A DNA stretch of 51,069 nt from an uncultured Bacilli bacterium. GTDB lineage: Bacteria; Bacillota_I; Bacilli_A; RFN20; CAG-288. Of the stretch, positions 47,487 to 51,069 are shown one piece after another. The DNA lies in contig CALVYN010000004.1 of the NCBI GenBank assembly GCA_944372245.1, positions 1-51,069 on the forward strand. The letters run 5' to 3'. The position numbers and the translations under genes are program-made. The notes under the pieces are model-generated. The model saw only the letters and a list, made by a program, of their open reading frames with translations. It made no database searches and was not told where the DNA came from. Within the stretch, counting starts at the first letter, position 1, and the number at the start of each line of letters is the position of its first letter.

Positions 47487-49678
47487 TTTGACTCGTCCTC
47501 CTCATCCTCGTCCTCGTCGGTGGGAGCCTCGGGCTCGATAGCGGGCTTATCGACTGCGACCTCGTCCAGCTCGTGCTCCTCGCTCTCCAGCTCGGGATAG
47601 GGGTCCTTCGCCCCCAGAGCGCGGGCGATGGCGGAGATCAGGTGGCGGCGAACCTCCTCCAGGTCGTCGGATTCCACCCGGGCCAGCGTGCGCTCGCCGT
47701 GGGTGGTGGTGTGGCGGGACAGCTGGTGCATGATCTGGGGGATGGGCAGCGCCCCGTCGCCCCGGCCGGCCACGGAGATCTCCTGATCCCCGCTGCGGGA
47801 GAGGGCGAAGGCGGCCGAGATGTGGGCGACGTTGAGCGCGTCGTTGAGGGCCGCATCCAGAGCCTCGGAGGAGAGAGTGGTCTTGCGCCAGTCGGGGTCG
47901 TAGCAGACCAGGACGCCAGGGAAGGGGATATCGGAGGTGTTGAGGATGTCCATCCTGGCGCGGAACTCCTCGCTGGTCTCCTTGAGCATGTCCAGGGCGT
48001 TCTCGTTCTCCGCGCCCTGGCGCTCTAGGAAGGCGGCCGAGAGGAAGGTGTTGGCCCTGGTTTTGACCGTGAAGCTCTGGGTCGCACCGAGGATTCCGGT
48101 ATAGAGGAGGGTCGCCACGAAGGTGGGCAGGTGGAGGCTGGACATCGTCGTCTCGATCATCCCGGCTACCAGCTCGGAGAAGCAGGAGGCCTGGCCGATA
48201 TCCAGGGTCAGGACCGGATGGGTGAAGGTGGTGGGCACGGGGTCCCGCCCCTTGATGATGATGGTGCGCAGGCTCTCCTCGCCCTGGAAGAGGCTGGGGG
48301 CGCAGGAACCCTCGGGCGTGGAGAAGCCGACGCAGATCATCAGAGTCTCGGGCCGGATATCCCTCTTGGCGGCCTGGGCGCGCTTGGCGGAGCCGTTCTC
48401 CTGGGCGTGGGTGCACCAGCGGGAGGGGCCGCTGCGGGCCCGCTCCTGGAGCGAGTCGATATCGAAGACCCAGAAGCATGGGATGCCGGTGGAGGTGACC
48501 ATCTCGTTGAGGGCGATGGTGGCCGCCAGCTCGTCGAAGCCGCTGCTGGCGGGCGGCACGATGATGACGTTGGGGGACTTGCGCACCTCGGCCAGCAGGC
48601 TCTGGCACCACTCGGAGAGGATCGCACGCGTCGAGAACTGGATGGAGTTGTCCCCGCCGGTCACCAGGTTGCCCTCGGGGGTCGAGACGATCAGCTGGTC
48701 GCCGCCGCGGGAGTTGCACAGGCCCAGCGCCTCGGTGGCGTGCTTGGACAGCTCGACGAAGGAGGTGTAGCCCCAGGCGATGGCCACCGAGATGGTCACG
48801 GTGCCGTCCATGCGCCTCTTCAGCTCCGAGCAGAGGGGATAGCCGTCGGCTCGGATCTTATCCAGGCACGACTTCTCGCCCAGGAGGATGAAGGTGGAGT
48901 CGGAGCTCTGGCCGATGTAGACGCGATAGCGGTTGGCAAAGTCGGTCAGGATGTCCCTGACCTTGCCGATCGTCTCGGCAATCTGGATCTCCGCCTGGGT
49001 GGCCGTTTTAGCATTCTTTCCGTATTCAGAGAAATTGTCTATCTGTATAAAGCCCAGAATCGAGGACTCTTCCTCGATCGTCTCATTGAGGCACACTATC
49101 CTCGTAATATCCTGGACGAAGAAGCAGTAGTCCGCGGAGGAATACCAGGCGCGGAAGCTGCGGTTCTCCCTCTTGAAGACCGTGGGATGGTCGGTGTCCC
49201 GCCCCTTGATGACCGCGTCGCGCAGCTCGGGCGCGATGACCTCGACGCCCTCGCCCACGCCGGTGAAGCCGTTGTCGACCAGATAGGAGCTGATCCAGAC
49301 GATCCGGTCATCCTGGTCGATGGCGATCACGCCGCACTGGCCGATGGCCGCGGCCTCGACCGCGCCGACGGAGAGGATCATGTTGGCGTTGTTCTCCTCG
49401 CGGATGCGCGAGCGCTTGAGGGCGACGGCGAAGCCGCAGATGATGGCCAGGCCGATGAGCACGAAGACGGTGACCAGGATCCAGCCCGCACTCCAGAAGT
49501 GGCCATGGTCCATCGCAGCGGCGCAGATGAAGAACAGGCCCAGCGCCACCAGGGCTGCGCCCGCGTATATCCAGAGGGTCAAACGCATCCACCTCATGAG
49601 GATCTGGACCTGGGAGGCGCCGAAGCGCCTACGCGGCCTCTCGCTCCACATCTTCAGTATTTTCTCTTTGATGCTCAT
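47483..49678 (-). CDS. GdpP paralogue with a degenerate DHH/DHHA1 active site
   Basis: Same architecture as GdpP (2 TM, IQIDNF, SRGGDQ, ASCFSELVA, ATLLYTGI, TFLSAAFL), but IKGRD replaces IDHHR and there is no GGGH. Start is 49678 or 49687. Confidence 0.85.
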   Translation of the reverse strand: MSIKEKILKMWSERPRRRFGASQVQILMRWMRLTLWIYAGAALVALGLFFICAAAMDHGHFWSAGWILVTVFVLIGLAIICGFAVALKRSRIREENNANMILSVGAVEAAAIGQCGVIAIDQDDRIVWISSYLVDNGFTGVGEGVEVIAPELRDAVIKGRDTDHPTVFKRENRSFRAWYSSADYCFFVQDITRIVCLNETIEEESSILGFIQIDNFSEYGKNAKTATQAEIQIAETIGKVRDILTDFANRYRVYIGQSSDSTFILLGEKSCLDKIRADGYPLCSELKRRMDGTVTISVAIAWGYTSFVELSKHATEALGLCNSRGGDQLIVSTPEGNLVTGGDNSIQFSTRAILSEWCQSLLAEVRKSPNVIIVPPASSGFDELAATIALNEMVTSTGIPCFWVFDIDSLQERARSGPSRWCTHAQENGSAKRAQAAKRDIRPETLMICVGFSTPEGSCAPSLFQGEESLRTIIIKGRDPVPTTFTHPVLTLDIGQASCFSELVAGMIETTMSSLHLPTFVATLLYTGILGATQSFTVKTRANTFLSAAFLERQGAENENALDMLKETSEEFRARMDILNTSDIPFPGVLVCYDPDWRKTTLSSEALDAALNDALNVAHISAAFALSRSGDQEISVAGRGDGALPIPQIMHQLSRHTTTHGERTLARVESDDLEEVRRHLISAIARALGAKDPYPELESEEHELDEVAVDKPAIEPEAPTDEDEDEEDESK

Positions 49679-49754
49679 CCGTGCCACCGCCTATCTGATG
49701 GATTATATTCTAGGTTTCCTATGAGGGTGAATCGCCCGAGAGGAGGAGATATCT

Positions 49755-50366
49755 ATGCAGAGATTGACTTTCGCCGATATCCCGGCGGCCGCCGCGATCC
49801 TAAAGCGGGGCGGCCTGGTGGCCTTTCCCACCGAGACGGTGTACGGCCTGGGCTGCCGCTTCGACGACTGCCTGGCCTACGACCGCCTCGTCTCGGTCAA
49901 GCGGCGGCCGGCCGACAAGCCCTTCACGATGATGTTGGCCGACCCCTCCCGCATCGGGGAATACGCCCTGGTCGATGCGCGCCAGCAGCGCTTGATCGCG
50001 CGCTTCATGCCCGGCGAGGTGACCTTCATCCTCAAACGGCGGGACACCATCCCCGACAGGGTCGCCCTCGGTGGTCCGACCATCGGGATCCGCGTGCCCG
50101 CGCATCCGGACCTTCTAGAGCTTCTCAGAGCGGTGGATGTTCCCCTCCTAGTCCCCTCCTGCAACCGCTCGGGCGAGCCCCCCGCCCCCGATGCGGATGC
50201 CATCGAGAGGATCTTCCACGATGAGATCGACGCGGTCATCGACGGCCCGCTGGGCGACTCGATCCCCTCGACCGTCGTCCTCCTCACCGGGGCGGAGCCC
50301 AAGATCCTCAGGCAGGGGAAGGTTGCAGCGGAGGCGATCATGAGAGAATGGAACAGGGAGGAATAG
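49755..50366 (+). CDS. tsaC: L-threonylcarbamoyladenylate synthase (YrdC/TsaC, short form)
   Basis: VAFPTETVYGLG, KRRPADKP, GIRVP, PSCNRSG, PSTVV, ILRQG. RBS AGGAGG. Confidence 0.93.
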   Translation: MQRLTFADIPAAAAILKRGGLVAFPTETVYGLGCRFDDCLAYDRLVSVKRRPADKPFTMMLADPSRIGEYALVDARQQRLIARFMPGEVTFILKRRDTIPDRVALGGPTIGIRVPAHPDLLELLRAVDVPLLVPSCNRSGEPPAPDADAIERIFHDEIDAVIDGPLGDSIPSTVVLLTGAEPKILRQGKVAAEAIMREWNREE

Positions 50367-50368
50367 AT

Positions 50369-50809
50369 ATGGCGAGAATTTCCATCGCGTCGGATCACGG
50401 CGGCTTCGAGGCCAAGAAGGCCGTCATCGCGCACCTTGCGGAGCGCGGCTACGAGGTTGTCGACCAGGGGACCAAGTCCCTGGACTCCTGCGACTATCCC
50501 ATCTTCGGCGAGAGGACGGCCCGCGATGTGGCCGAGGGCCGGGCCGATCTCGGCATCCTGATCTGCAGCTCGGGCGAGGGCATGTGCATGGTGGCCAACA
50601 AGGTCCATGGCATCCGCGCGGCGCTCCTCTATAACGATGAGGTCGCCCAGCTGGCCCGCCAGCACAACGACGCCAACGTGATCTGTTTTGGCGCCAAGTT
50701 CATGCCGGTGGCGGATATCATCCGCCGCATCGACCTCTTTCTGGCCTCCTCCTTCGAAGGTGGCCGACACCAGCGCCGGGTCGATGAGCTGAACGCAATC
50801 CAGGGCTGA
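50369..50809 (+). CDS. rpiB: Ribose-5-phosphate isomerase B
   Basis: ASDHGG, DYP, ICSSGEGMCMVANK, ARQHNDANV, FEGGRHQRRV. Start moved to 50369 (RBS GGAGG). Confidence 0.93.
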   Translation: MARISIASDHGGFEAKKAVIAHLAERGYEVVDQGTKSLDSCDYPIFGERTARDVAEGRADLGILICSSGEGMCMVANKVHGIRAALLYNDEVAQLARQHNDANVICFGAKFMPVADIIRRIDLFLASSFEGGRHQRRVDELNAIQG

Positions 50810-50829
50810 ACTCAAGTATCTATATATAG

Positions 50830-50860
50830 AAATGAGGGGACTTCCCTCATTTTTATTTTT
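50830..50860 (+). terminator. Terminator after rpiB
   Basis: AAATGAGGG-gactt-CCCTCATTT followed by T-rich sequence. Confidence 0.75.
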
Positions 50861-51000
50861 CTATCTTTTACGCGTACGCATATGCGAGCACATGTGCGCA
50901 TATGTTTACCCATGTGTCTTTAGGCCTGGTTATTTATAGGTGAGAGGCAGCTTTGAGGGCCCGGAGAGCCACCTCTCAAAAAAAGTTTGCGAATTTCGAT

Positions 51001-51060
51001 AATTGACAAACTAAGTGCAAGTTTTAAGGGTTTCAAACTAAATTGACAGACTAAGTGCAA
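51001..51060 (+). repeat. Two direct copies of AATTGACA(A/G)ACTAAGTGCAA at 40-nt period
   Basis: 51001-51020 and 51041-51060 differ at one base; same motif as 36945-36980 in the opposite orientation. Confidence 0.85.
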
Positions 51061-51069
51061 TTTTGAGCC

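Noticed and set aside
51001-51069. CIRCE/HrcA operator or CRISPR array at the right edge
   Set aside because: It does not match TTAGCACTC-N9-GAGTGCTAA. There are only two 20-bp copies with a 20-nt gap and no cas genes in view; sequence beyond the edge cannot be assessed.

Overview
A 51 kb chromosomal window from a GC-rich (strong C/G third-codon bias), genetic code 11, Bacilli-like genome. The gene content resembles reduced gut Bacilli (RF39/RFN20-like lineages), which is an inference. From left to right it contains: (1) an oversized oligopeptide ABC transporter operon oppABCDF, whose OppA appears circularly permuted; (2) converging on it, five acidic surface lipoproteins (two M6/immune-inhibitor-A metalloproteases, two proteins made of repeated ~200-aa modules, and one Ig-domain protein); (3) mscS, the lower mevalonate operon (mvk-mvaD-pmk-fni plus a small membrane protein) and ppdK; (4) three adjacent intact genes that look like catalytically dead M29 aminopeptidase, Fe-alcohol dehydrogenase and M50 protease homologues; (5) yebC, a nucleoside deoxyribosyltransferase, GH43, a TrmH-family methylase, rpsF-ssb-rpsR, a P-type ATPase, tRNA-Gln(CTG) and tRNA-Pro(CGG); (6) gdpP-like(dead)-gdpP-rplI-dnaB-yycJ-rlmH, then tsaC and rpiB. 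A 20-bp motif recurs as tandem copies at two intergenic sites 14 kb apart. No transposase, phage or CRISPR array is supported. All family calls come from motif recognition by eye; no database search was run.
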